37,387 nt of DNA from Bacteroidota bacterium (GCA_023428585.1 JAEYXG010000052.1:1-37387); one strand, 5' to 3'; counted from the stretch's first letter, positions 1 through 9,206 are shown. The notes: generated by a model from the sequence alone, not told the origin. Program-made: numbers and translations.

Positions 1-9
1 ATTATATAC

Positions 10-53
10 CGATGTTATATGGATATTGTATGGATGTTAAATGGATGTTATAC
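10..53. repeat. Four tandem imperfect 11-bp direct repeats (consensus GGATGTTATAT); possible partial fifth unit at 1-9
   Basis: Units read directly: CGATGTTATAT (10-20), GGATATTGTAT (21-31), GGATGTTAAAT (32-42), GGATGTTATAC (43-53). Confidence 0.75.
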
Positions 54-263
54 TAAATAATTGACAACTCCATCTCCATTGGAATAACACACGGATAAGC
101 CTCATTTGAAAGGAAATCTTGCATGGAATTTTGAATAGTCAAGATCGGCAATCTGACCATGCCCTAAAAATGTGATACGTGATAAACTACCGTCAAGGGC
201 ATGAAAAGTTCATGAAGCACCTTGGCTAAATGTATGATATGCAATCAGTTGAGAGAAGTATAA

Positions 264-2621
264 CTATTTCTGTCCCTTTTTCTTAACAGGGGCTTTGGAC
301 TTCTTGACCGGCTTTGTAGTTGTGGTGGTTCCACCTATAATCTCCTTAACCTGATCGAAAGTAAGGGATTTTGGATCCATTGTTTTTGGGATCTTATAGT
401 TGGTTTTACCTTGCGCAATATAGGGACCATAACGACCATTGAGTACTTGAATAGTTTCATCCTCAGTGAATACTTTTATAAGGCGTTCACTCTCTTTCTT
501 ACGCTTTTCTTCAATGATCTCAACAGCTCTTTCCTGATCAATGGAGGCAGGATCATCAGTCTTGGCCAAAGAATAGAAGGCCGACTTATGCCTGATATAA
601 GGACCGAATCTTCCTATGGCAACCGTCATTTCAGCCTCTTCGTATTCACCAATTGACCTGGGGAAATCAAAGAGCTTCAATGCCCCTTTCAAATCAAGGG
701 ATTCCATTGTCTGACCCTTCTTCAGGCTTGCAAAACGCGGCTTTTCGTCGTTATCAGCTTCGCCTATCTGAACCATTGGACCAAAGCGGCCAATTCTTAC
801 ATAAACATTTTTACCCGATTCGGGATCTATGCCCAAAAGGCGTTCTGCCTTTACTTTTTCAGAATTCTCAAGAGTTTGCTTAACCTGCGATGCAAAGGGA
901 CCATAGAACTCCTTTATCATTTGATTCCATACCTTTTGTCCCTGTGCAATGTCGTCAAACTCTTTTTCCACGTTTGCGGTAAAGTTGTAATCAAGGATAT
1001 TCTCAAAGTTCTGCATCAGGAATGTCGTAACGAGAGCTCCAATTTCTGTTGGGAAGAGTTTTGCCTTTTCTGCGCTCGTATTTTCACTTTTTCGGGCAGC
1101 ACTTACTTTGTCATTTTTAAGGGTAATGACATCATATTCTCTCTTGATACCTGGCCTGTCTTCCTTAACAACATATTCCCTCTTTTGAATAGTGGAAATG
1201 GTTGGCGAATAGGTTGATGGACGCCCAATTCCCAGCTCCTCCATTTTTTTCACCAAGCTGGCTTCAGTGTATCTGGGTGGTTGTTGTGAGAATTTCTGAG
1301 TAGCAAGCATTTCAACCAGGTTTAAAGTATCACCTGATTTAACGGGAGGCAACAAACCATCTTCTGAATCAGCGTTTTCATCATCAGTCGATTCAAGGTA
1401 GACTTTCAAAAAACCATCAAATTTTATGACTTCACCTTTTGCAACAAAACGCTCATTGAAAACCTTAGAATTATTAGTGATACTAATATTAACAGTTGTG
1501 CGCTCAAGTTCGGCATCCGACATTTGTGAGGCAACAGTTCTCTTCCAGATCAAATCGTAAAGTCTTTGTTCTGAAGCATCTCCACTAACCTTCTGCTTAT
1601 GCAGGTCGGTTGGGCGTATTGCTTCATGAGCTTCCTGTGCACCTTTTGACTTTGTTGTATAATTCCTGGTTTTTACATATCTGTCGCCATACAGTGAGGT
1701 TATTTCCTTCTTAGCCATATCAAGTGCGGTGTGCGAAAGATTGACCGAGTCGGTACGCATATAGGTGATTTTGCCACTCTCGTATAATTTCTGTGCTACG
1801 AGCATGGTACGGGCAACCGACATGCCCAGTTTACGACTGGCTTCCTGCTGCAGGGTAGAGGTAGTAAATGGTGGGGCCGGTGATTTCTTACCCGGTTTTG
1901 TGTCTACATCACTAACGTTGTATTGCGCTCCAATGCATTTCCCAAGGAACTCGGAAGCCTCATCAGCCGAATTGAATCGTTTTGAAAGTTCAGCAATGAT
2001 TTGTTGTTTCCCGGTATCATTGGGCAAGATAAAACTTGCCGTTACACGATAATTGAATGTTGAGTTGAATGACTTGATTTCGTCTTCACGTTCCACAATC
2101 AGCCTTACGGCAACCGATTGGACACGGCCGGCTGAAAGTGCCGGTTTAACCTTGCGCCAAAGTACAGGTGAAATTTCAAAACCAACCAATCTATCCAGTA
2201 CTCTTCGGGCTTGTTGAGCATCTACCAGATTTTTATCAATGCTGCGAGGATTATTAATGGCATTTAATATAGCACTCTTGGTAATTTCATGAAATACTAT
2301 ACGCTTTGTTTTTTTTGCATCTAATGAAAGAACTTCCTGTAGATGCCATGAAATGGCTTCTCCTTCACGGTCTTCATCGGATGCAAGCCATACTACATCA
2401 GCATCAGTTGCTAATTTCTTAAGTTCCTTGATGAGTTTTTGCTTGTCAGCTGAAATCTCATAACTAGGCATAAAGTCGTGTTCAATGTCAACGCCCAACT
2501 GCTTTTTCTTCAAATCACGAACATGACCAAAACTAGACTTGACAATAAAGTCAGTTCCAAGAAAACCTTCTATAGTCTTTGCTTTAGCAGGAGACTCAAC
2601 AATAACCAGATTTTTTGACAT
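264..2621 (-). CDS. topA: DNA topoisomerase I (type IA)
   Basis: Toprim N-terminus LVIVESPAKAKTI, ASDEDREGE, SAGRVQS and catalytic ITYMRTD. Three C-terminal GR(F/Y)GP repeats replace Zn ribbons; Lys-rich tail. Confidence 0.98.
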   Translation of the reverse strand: MSKNLVIVESPAKAKTIEGFLGTDFIVKSSFGHVRDLKKKQLGVDIEHDFMPSYEISADKQKLIKELKKLATDADVVWLASDEDREGEAISWHLQEVLSLDAKKTKRIVFHEITKSAILNAINNPRSIDKNLVDAQQARRVLDRLVGFEISPVLWRKVKPALSAGRVQSVAVRLIVEREDEIKSFNSTFNYRVTASFILPNDTGKQQIIAELSKRFNSADEASEFLGKCIGAQYNVSDVDTKPGKKSPAPPFTTSTLQQEASRKLGMSVARTMLVAQKLYESGKITYMRTDSVNLSHTALDMAKKEITSLYGDRYVKTRNYTTKSKGAQEAHEAIRPTDLHKQKVSGDASEQRLYDLIWKRTVASQMSDAELERTTVNISITNNSKVFNERFVAKGEVIKFDGFLKVYLESTDDENADSEDGLLPPVKSGDTLNLVEMLATQKFSQQPPRYTEASLVKKMEELGIGRPSTYSPTISTIQKREYVVKEDRPGIKREYDVITLKNDKVSAARKSENTSAEKAKLFPTEIGALVTTFLMQNFENILDYNFTANVEKEFDDIAQGQKVWNQMIKEFYGPFASQVKQTLENSEKVKAERLLGIDPESGKNVYVRIGRFGPMVQIGEADNDEKPRFASLKKGQTMESLDLKGALKLFDFPRSIGEYEEAEMTVAIGRFGPYIRHKSAFYSLAKTDDPASIDQERAVEIIEEKRKKESERLIKVFTEDETIQVLNGRYGPYIAQGKTNYKIPKTMDPKSLTFDQVKEIIGGTTTTTKPVKKSKAPVKKKGQK

Positions 2622-2757
2622 AATTGAAAATAAAGGTATAATCCGACCGTTTTTTTTTCTAAAACGGGCACAAAGTAACGCATTTAAAATGGATTGATTC
2701 TGTAAAATTCAAATTTTTATTTACAACAATTTAATAATGAGGAGGTTCAAAATTGTC

Positions 2758-2765
2758 TATTTTTG
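2758..2765 (+). promoter_or_regulatory. Bacteroidota sigma-A -7 promoter element upstream of miaB
   Basis: TATTTTTG matches TAnnTTTG, about 65 nt before the miaB GTG. Confidence 0.5.
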
Positions 2766-2829
2766 CACCCACTTAAAGAAAAGAGGTTTCTCTGAAACCA
2801 GGTTATAATAATTTTATCCACAATACTGA

Positions 2830-4142
2830 GTGAAGAAAAGAAAATTATACATGGAGACTTACGGATGTCAGATGAATTTTCTGATAGCCAGATTGTCGGC
2901 TCTATAATGATTGATCACGACTTTGAGCTGACAGAAAATATTGCTGATGCCGATTTGATATTTATTAATACATGCTCTATCAGGGATCATGCTGAGAAGA
3001 GAATAAGAGCCCGACTAAAAGAATTCAAGAGATATAAAAAAATAAAACCTGATCTGCGAATAGGCTTGTTGGGCTGTATGGCTGAACGAATCAAGGATGA
3101 TCTCCTTAACCAGGAACAGATTGTGGATTTGATTGTTGGACCTGATGCTTACCGCGATTTGCCCAGATTACTCAATATTGCTGAAACAGGACAAAAAGCA
3201 ATCAATGTAATTCTTTCAATGGATGAAACCTATGCCGACATCAGTCCTGTCAATACCAAAGGCATTACTTCATTTATTTCAATAATGAGGGGTTGTGAGA
3301 ACTTCTGTTCTTATTGTGTTGTGCCTTACACAAGAGGAAAAGAGAGAAGTCGATCACCCGAAACTATAATTCAAGAGGCTACCCGGCTTTTCAATGAAGG
3401 CATTCGTGAAGTAACTCTTCTAGGACAAAATGTAAACTCCTATAAAAGTGAAGAAGGAACCGGATTCCCGCAGCTATTGGCACAGGTTGCCATGGTCAAT
3501 CCATTACTTAGAGTGCGGTTTGCAACTTCACATCCAAAGGACATATCCGATGAGTTAATAGAAACCATTGCCCGGTATCCCAATATTTGTAACAGCATTC
3601 ATTTGCCGGTACAATCCGGTAGCAACCGAATACTCAAACTCATGAACCGCAAATATACCCGTCAATGGTATCTTGAAAGAATAGATACCATCAAGAGAGT
3701 CATACCTGATTGTGCACTCTCAACTGATATAATTGCCGGTTTTAGTTCAGAAACAGAAGAAGATCATATTGAGACCATGGAGTTGATGAAGCAAGTGGGT
3801 TATGATTATGCTTTCATGTTCAAGTATTCAGAACGCCCTAACACACTGGCTGCCAAAAAGCACAAGGATGATGTTGATGAAGTGACAAAGGGTAGGCGAC
3901 TTCAGGAAATTATTGATCTGCAGCAGGAATTGTCATATCAAAGCAATCTGAGGGATGTTGGCAAGACCTTTGAAGTTCTGGTTGAAAATCTATCGAAAAA
4001 ATCTTCCGATGAATTATCGGGACGTAATAGCCAGAATAAGGTGATTGTGTTCCCGGCACGTGAAAACAAACCCGGTGATTATGTTAAGGTTAGAGTTGAC
4101 TCATGCACTACGGCAACTTTGAGAGGGGTGATTGTTGATTAA
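2830..4142 (+). CDS. miaB: tRNA-i(6)A37 methylthiotransferase MiaB, with an apparent frameshift at ~2877-2880
   Basis: ORF 2865-4142 has NTCSIR, LGCMAE, the radical SAM motif GCENFCSYC and a C-terminal TRAM domain. The conserved N-terminus (KRKLYMETYGCQMNF) is encoded from GTG 2830 in a different frame. Confidence 0.93.
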
Positions 4143-4189
4143 ATTTTTTCAAAACGTTTATCATTGGTTTTTATATTACTAAAATTGAA

Positions 4190-4197
4190 TACTTTTG
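4190..4197 (+). promoter_or_regulatory. -7 promoter element upstream of wza
   Basis: TACTTTTG matches TAnnTTTG in the intergenic region. Confidence 0.5.
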
Positions 4198-4298
4198 CTT
4201 TGCCTAACAATTGCAGTGTACTATTTTAGATTTGTCAACAAACTGCAGAAGCATGAAAATAATGATTGACATGCTTTTTCTAAATTAAAAGATTACGA

Positions 4299-5087
4299 AT
4301 GAAAAACACACTTAAGACTGGTTCAACTTACCTGATTGTCTTCATAATAGCTACTTTAACTCTCAGTTCATGCATCTCGCAGAAAAAGACTGTTTACCTG
4401 CAAAATAAAAGCATGTATTCTGCCGGAGGCAATACCTATGAAAACGATTTGGCAACCTATAAATTACAACCTGGCGACTTCCTCTATATTAATGTAACCA
4501 GTTTGGATCCTAAAAATATGACCTCCTTTGAAGGAAATGAGAGGGGAGATTATCAGGTACAAAGTGAAATGGGCGTTTATCTGAAAAGCTACCAGGTCAG
4601 CGATTCCGGGTTTATAAGGTTTCCGGTCATCGGCAAGGTGCAGGTTGTGGGATTGTCAGTTGGTCAGGTTAGAGATAAACTACAGGGAATAATGGACGAG
4701 TTTTATCAATTGGCTACTATAACCGTTAAACTTGTCAACTTCCAGGTTAGTATAATGGGTGAGGTAAATCGCCCCGGCACATACGTAGTATATAACGACA
4801 GGCTCAATATTTTTCAGGCTATAAGCCTTGGTGGTGATTTGACAAACTTTGGCAATCGTAAAGAAGTTAATATAATTCGAAAGACAAAAACCGGAGGCAC
4901 TGAGATCCTGGAAGTTAATCTTTTGTCTGATTCAATTCTTGAATTACCGGGATTCTACCTGCAGCCTGATGATATTATTTATGTAAAACCAATGAGAAGT
5001 AAAACATTTGCCTTTACTTCATTTCCATATTCATTTGTGCTTTCAACCATTACAACCACACTCGTAGTAATTAACTTTTTTAAATAA
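4299..5087 (+). CDS. wza: Polysaccharide biosynthesis/export lipoprotein (Wza/OPX family)
   Basis: Lipobox-like LSSC; Poly_export motifs YKLQPGD and GFIRFPVIG; SLBB motif GEVNRPG; YLQPDDIIYV; adjacent to a Wzc-like gene. Confidence 0.88.
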   Translation: MKNTLKTGSTYLIVFIIATLTLSSCISQKKTVYLQNKSMYSAGGNTYENDLATYKLQPGDFLYINVTSLDPKNMTSFEGNERGDYQVQSEMGVYLKSYQVSDSGFIRFPVIGKVQVVGLSVGQVRDKLQGIMDEFYQLATITVKLVNFQVSIMGEVNRPGTYVVYNDRLNIFQAISLGGDLTNFGNRKEVNIIRKTKTGGTEILEVNLLSDSILELPGFYLQPDDIIYVKPMRSKTFAFTSFPYSFVLSTITTTLVVINFFK

Positions 5088-5095
5088 GATTATTA

Positions 5096-7555
5096 GTGGA
5101 CAATTATAATACTGAGTTAAATGAAGAGGTTATTGACCTCAAGCAAATATTCTTTAAATTCATAAAATACTGGTACTTATTCATAATAGCCATTATTTTA
5201 TCACTTGCTGTTGCCTACCTGTTCAATAGGTTATCAAAGCCAATATACAAGGTCAGTACCACAATCCTCATAAAAGATGAAAAATCAGCATTTGATGCAC
5301 AGGCATTATTAGGCTTAGGTAATTTGAAAAATGCCCAAAGTATAGAGAATGAGATTGGAGTATTAAAATCCAGGTCATTGATTACCCGAGCTATCAGGTC
5401 ACAAAACTTCGATATTTCATACTTTTCAGAAGAGAACTTTATAACTCAGGAGCTTTATGATCAATCGCCATTTACAGTTGTATTTGATACACTATTCCCG
5501 CAACCTGCAGGTATGAGATTCAACATCTCAGTAAAAAACAATACTGAATACAATTTAACTGCTGAAGGAGAAAAAGCCTCCTCATACTATTATACACAAA
5601 CAAGAAGGGAAATTCCAATAAACGAGCCAATTAATATTAATGGCAATTATAAATTCGGACAGGAAGTCAAGGGAAAGTACCATAACTTCAAAGTACTGCT
5701 TAATCCCAATTTTAATCCTGACAAGCATGTAAATACAAACATGTTTTTTGTGTTTAATAAAATTGAAGACCTCACCAAGGAGTTCAGTAGTTTTATAATT
5801 GAACCCATCAACAGGGAGGCTTCAATTGTAGAAATTTCGCTGCAAAGCAACAATGTCCAAAAAGCATCTGATTTCTTGAATGCTCTTACAACCGAGTATT
5901 TAGAGAGAAGTCTGGAAAAGAAGAATCAAATTGCCACAAATACCATTCTTTTTATTGATGAACAATTGCTGGGAATAACTGATTCCCTGCAAATTGCCGA
6001 AAGCGACTTACAGCAATTCAGAACCACAAACGAGGTGATGGACCTGGACTTTCAATCACAGCAAGTATTCCAAACTATGGGAGATCTTGAAAAACAGAAG
6101 GCTGAATTAATAGTCAAGAATCAGTATTATAATTATCTGAGTGATTACTTAAAGAGTAACCGGAATGACATAACCGGGCTTACTGTGCCTTCATCAATGG
6201 GAATAGAGGATCCTGTTCTCACCAGGCTCATTACCGATTTGACGTCACTTTATGCCGAGCGCGGTGAAGCAAGATTGATGGCTAAAGAGAAAAATCCAAT
6301 CATCTCTTCATTTGATCAGCGGATTGATGTTAATAAGCGTACCCTGGCTGAGAACATCAAGAACATCATCAATACCTCAAACATTGCCATCAAAGATATT
6401 GACAGACGAATAAATGCCATGTCAGGCAAGATAAACCAATTGCCCACAACCCAACGAATGTTGTTTGGCATTGAAAGGAAATTCAAACTCAATGATGCCA
6501 TATATACATTCCTTTTGGAAAAACGTTCAGATGCCCAAATAACAAGAGCATCAAATATGCCCGACAATGAGGTACTTGATATAGCTGACCCACTTGAAAT
6601 GTTGCCGGTACTTCCAAAAAGAACCCTGAATTACACCATTGCTCTCCTTATTGGTATTATAATCCCCATTGGATATATACTTGGTAAGGATTATCTGAAT
6701 GACAAGATCATGGATAAAAAGGACATTGAAAAAATCACCTCCTTACCTATTGTAGGGCATGTAATTCATAGCTCCAAGAACAGTAAACTGGTTGTTGCTG
6801 AATTCCCCAAATCCTCAATAGCTGAATCTTTCAGATTAATACGAACCAATTTACAGTATTTTACAAAGAATAAAGAAAAACAGGTAATTCTCATTACGTC
6901 AACCATGGTTAATGAAGGAAAAACCTTCACTTCAATGAATGTGGCCTCCATTTTTGCCTTATATGGAAAGAGAACCCTGATTGTAGGATATGACCTGCGA
7001 AAACCTAAAATATATCAGGATTTCGGGCTCTCAAATACTTTAGGAATAAGCTCCTATCTTATTAATAAATGTACACTTGAGGAAATAATACAAAAAACAT
7101 CACTACAGAACCTTGATTTCATTGCTGCCGGTCCAATACCGCCCAATCCTGCCGAGTTAATTGCGTCACCAAAAAATGATGAGCTAATAAATCAACTCAA
7201 ACAGATATATGATTTCATCATAATTGACACACCCCCTGTTGGGATTGTTACCGATGCATTCCTGTTAATGAAATATTCAGATGTAAATGTATTTGTTACC
7301 CGTCAGGCCTTTACCGTTAAAAAAATATTCGAGACCATTATAACTGACATTGAAAAGCGTGAGTTAAAGGATATTGCAATACTCATCAATGATGTCAGAT
7401 ACGAGAACAACAGCTACGGTTATGGTTACGGCAATGGATACGGCTATGGTTATGGGTATGGTTATGGCGACGGACATGGTTACTATACAGATGATGAAAC
7501 AGAAGAAACAGGAAAACGCAAGAAAAAAAACAGAAGAAAGAAATCCATAGGATAA
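5096..7555 (+). CDS. wzc: Polysaccharide co-polymerase / BY tyrosine autokinase (Wzc family)
   Basis: GTG start; two TM helices flanking a coiled-coil periplasmic region; AESFRLIRTNL, Walker A NEGKT, DLRKP, Walker B IIIDTPP; C-terminal YG tyrosine cluster. Confidence 0.93.
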   Translation: MDNYNTELNEEVIDLKQIFFKFIKYWYLFIIAIILSLAVAYLFNRLSKPIYKVSTTILIKDEKSAFDAQALLGLGNLKNAQSIENEIGVLKSRSLITRAIRSQNFDISYFSEENFITQELYDQSPFTVVFDTLFPQPAGMRFNISVKNNTEYNLTAEGEKASSYYYTQTRREIPINEPININGNYKFGQEVKGKYHNFKVLLNPNFNPDKHVNTNMFFVFNKIEDLTKEFSSFIIEPINREASIVEISLQSNNVQKASDFLNALTTEYLERSLEKKNQIATNTILFIDEQLLGITDSLQIAESDLQQFRTTNEVMDLDFQSQQVFQTMGDLEKQKAELIVKNQYYNYLSDYLKSNRNDITGLTVPSSMGIEDPVLTRLITDLTSLYAERGEARLMAKEKNPIISSFDQRIDVNKRTLAENIKNIINTSNIAIKDIDRRINAMSGKINQLPTTQRMLFGIERKFKLNDAIYTFLLEKRSDAQITRASNMPDNEVLDIADPLEMLPVLPKRTLNYTIALLIGIIIPIGYILGKDYLNDKIMDKKDIEKITSLPIVGHVIHSSKNSKLVVAEFPKSSIAESFRLIRTNLQYFTKNKEKQVILITSTMVNEGKTFTSMNVASIFALYGKRTLIVGYDLRKPKIYQDFGLSNTLGISSYLINKCTLEEIIQKTSLQNLDFIAAGPIPPNPAELIASPKNDELINQLKQIYDFIIIDTPPVGIVTDAFLLMKYSDVNVFVTRQAFTVKKIFETIITDIEKRELKDIAILINDVRYENNSYGYGYGNGYGYGYGYGYGDGHGYYTDDETEETGKRKKKNRRKKSIG

Positions 7556-7560
7556 GATAT

Positions 7561-7593
7561 AACAAGCCACGTATTTCGTGGCTTGTTCATTTT
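7561..7593 (+). terminator. Intrinsic terminator after wzc
   Basis: Perfect 11-bp stem AACAAGCCACG / CGTGGCTTGTT with a 5-nt loop, followed by CATTTT. Confidence 0.75.
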
Positions 7594-7625
7594 ATATACT
7601 CTCAAAATACAATGGGAAATAGTAT

Positions 7626-7633
7626 TAAATTTG
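7626..7633 (+). promoter_or_regulatory. -7 promoter element upstream of cysC
   Basis: TAAATTTG matches TAnnTTTG between the wzc terminator and cysC. Confidence 0.5.
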
Positions 7634-7680
7634 CCCATTGATTACCAACATTATCAATATAATTAAACGGGAAGGAAAAC

Positions 7681-8226
7681 GTGTTGAATCAAAGAGGTGT
7701 AGTAGTTTGGCTAAGTGGATTACCATGTTCAGGCAAGACAACCATTGGCTTAGGCTTGGAAAAAATACTAGAAAAAGAAGGTTACACTGTCAGGATGCTT
7801 GATGGTGATATAACACGGAAAGGCATATGCAGTGATCTTGGCTTTTCTATCATTGACCGAAACGAGAATATAAGACGAGTATCGGAAATAGCGAAACTTT
7901 TTGTCGAAATTGATATTATTACTATTTGTGCTTTTATTACTCCTACTGATAGTTTGCGTAAAATGGCCTTACAGATTGTAGGCGAAAGCCATTTCATAAA
8001 TGTATTTGTTGATGCTCCTCTAGATGTTTGTGAACAACGTGACGTAAAAGGAATGTATAAAAAAGCACGTAAAGGTGAAATAAGCGATTTCACCGGTGTA
8101 AGTGCTCCCTTTGAAATACCATCAAACCCTGATATTAAACTTTGTACTGCTGACTTTAATCCTCAACAAAGCATCACAGAACTCTATGATTATTTGTTAC
8201 CCATAATTGAACGCAATGAAAAGTAG
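7681..8226 (+). CDS. cysC: Adenylyl-sulfate (APS) kinase
   Basis: QRGVVVWLSGLPCSGKTT P-loop, LDGD, DLGFS..DR.ENIRR, RDVKGMYKKAR.GEI..FTG. The start codon is uncertain. Confidence 0.95.
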   Translation: MLNQRGVVVWLSGLPCSGKTTIGLGLEKILEKEGYTVRMLDGDITRKGICSDLGFSIIDRNENIRRVSEIAKLFVEIDIITICAFITPTDSLRKMALQIVGESHFINVFVDAPLDVCEQRDVKGMYKKARKGEISDFTGVSAPFEIPSNPDIKLCTADFNPQQSITELYDYLLPIIERNEK

Positions 8227-9124
8227 ATTTAATCTTACCCATCTTGAAGAATTAGAATACGAGTCTATATATGTTATTCGTGAAGTTGCCGCTCAATTTG
8301 AAAGGCCTGTCCTGCTGTTCTCAGGGGGAAAAGATTCTATTGTGATGACTCACCTGGCTGTAAAAGCATTTTGGCCTGCAAAACTCCCTTTCCCACTTTT
8401 ACACATTGATACCGGCCATAATTTTGAAGAAACCATTGTTTATCGTGATGATTTAATAAAAAATATTGGCGCTACCTTGTACGTAGGCTCTGTTCAAGAG
8501 AGTATTGACAAGGGTAGGGTTGTTGAAGAAACAGGCGTCAATGCAAGCCGAAATATATTGCAGACTACTACCCTTCTTGATACAATTGAAAAATACAAGT
8601 TTGATGCTGCTATGGGTGGTGGGCGCCGTGATGAAGAAAAAGCCAGAGCCAAGGAACGCTTTTTCTCACATAGAGATGAATTTGGTCAATGGGACCCTAA
8701 AAATCAAAGACCCGAACTCTGGAATATCTTCAATGGCCGTAAAAACTCAGGTGAACATTTTAGAGTATTCCCAATCAGCAATTGGACAGAAATGGATGTT
8801 TGGCAGTATATTATGAAGGAACAAATTGAATTGCCCAGTCTATACTTCACCCATGAGAGAGAAGTGTTTCAACGAGATGGACAATGGTTGGCCAAAGCAC
8901 CTTTCATGAAGTTGAAAGACTCTGAATTCTATGAAACAAAAACCGTAAGATGCCGCACAATTGGAGATATCTCCTGCACAGGATTAACACTTTCAACAGC
9001 CAATACAATAGAAGATATCATTAATGAAATAGCAGCAACACGAGTTACTGAACGAGGAGGCAGAGCTGATGATATGCGATCAGAAGCTGCTATGGAAGAC
9101 CGGAAAAAAGAAGGGTATTTTTAA
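8216..9124 (+). CDS. cysD: Sulfate adenylyltransferase subunit 2
   Basis: PP-loop FSGGKDS, RRDEEKARAKER, WDPKNQRPELW and C-terminal MEDRKKEGYF. ATG 8216 preferred over TTG 8207. Confidence 0.97.
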   Translation: MKSRFNLTHLEELEYESIYVIREVAAQFERPVLLFSGGKDSIVMTHLAVKAFWPAKLPFPLLHIDTGHNFEETIVYRDDLIKNIGATLYVGSVQESIDKGRVVEETGVNASRNILQTTTLLDTIEKYKFDAAMGGGRRDEEKARAKERFFSHRDEFGQWDPKNQRPELWNIFNGRKNSGEHFRVFPISNWTEMDVWQYIMKEQIELPSLYFTHEREVFQRDGQWLAKAPFMKLKDSEFYETKTVRCRTIGDISCTGLTLSTANTIEDIINEIAATRVTERGGRADDMRSEAAMEDRKKEGYF

Positions 9125-9206
9125 AAGACTACTGTTCTGTTTTTCCGTAAAGGCTCTTTAAGATGAAGCTTGTTTTTATTAATTGCATTTTTTGAATTCC
9201 TTACTT

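Noticed and set aside
61..66. TTGACA on the plus strand, and TATAAT on the minus strand at 1-6
   Set aside because: They are on opposite strands and neither has a correctly spaced partner. Bacteroidota housekeeping promoters use a different consensus.
53..160. 35-codon minus-strand ORF (MVRLPILTIQ...)
   Set aside because: Short, with no recognisable motif; expected by chance.
411..2052. Plus-strand ORFs antisense to topA
   Set aside because: Shadow ORFs within a well-supported gene; no motifs.
7411..7485. GGTTAT-like hexamer periodicity as a VNTR or CRISPR-like repeat
   Set aside because: Fully explained by the YG coding repeat of Wzc; no spacers.
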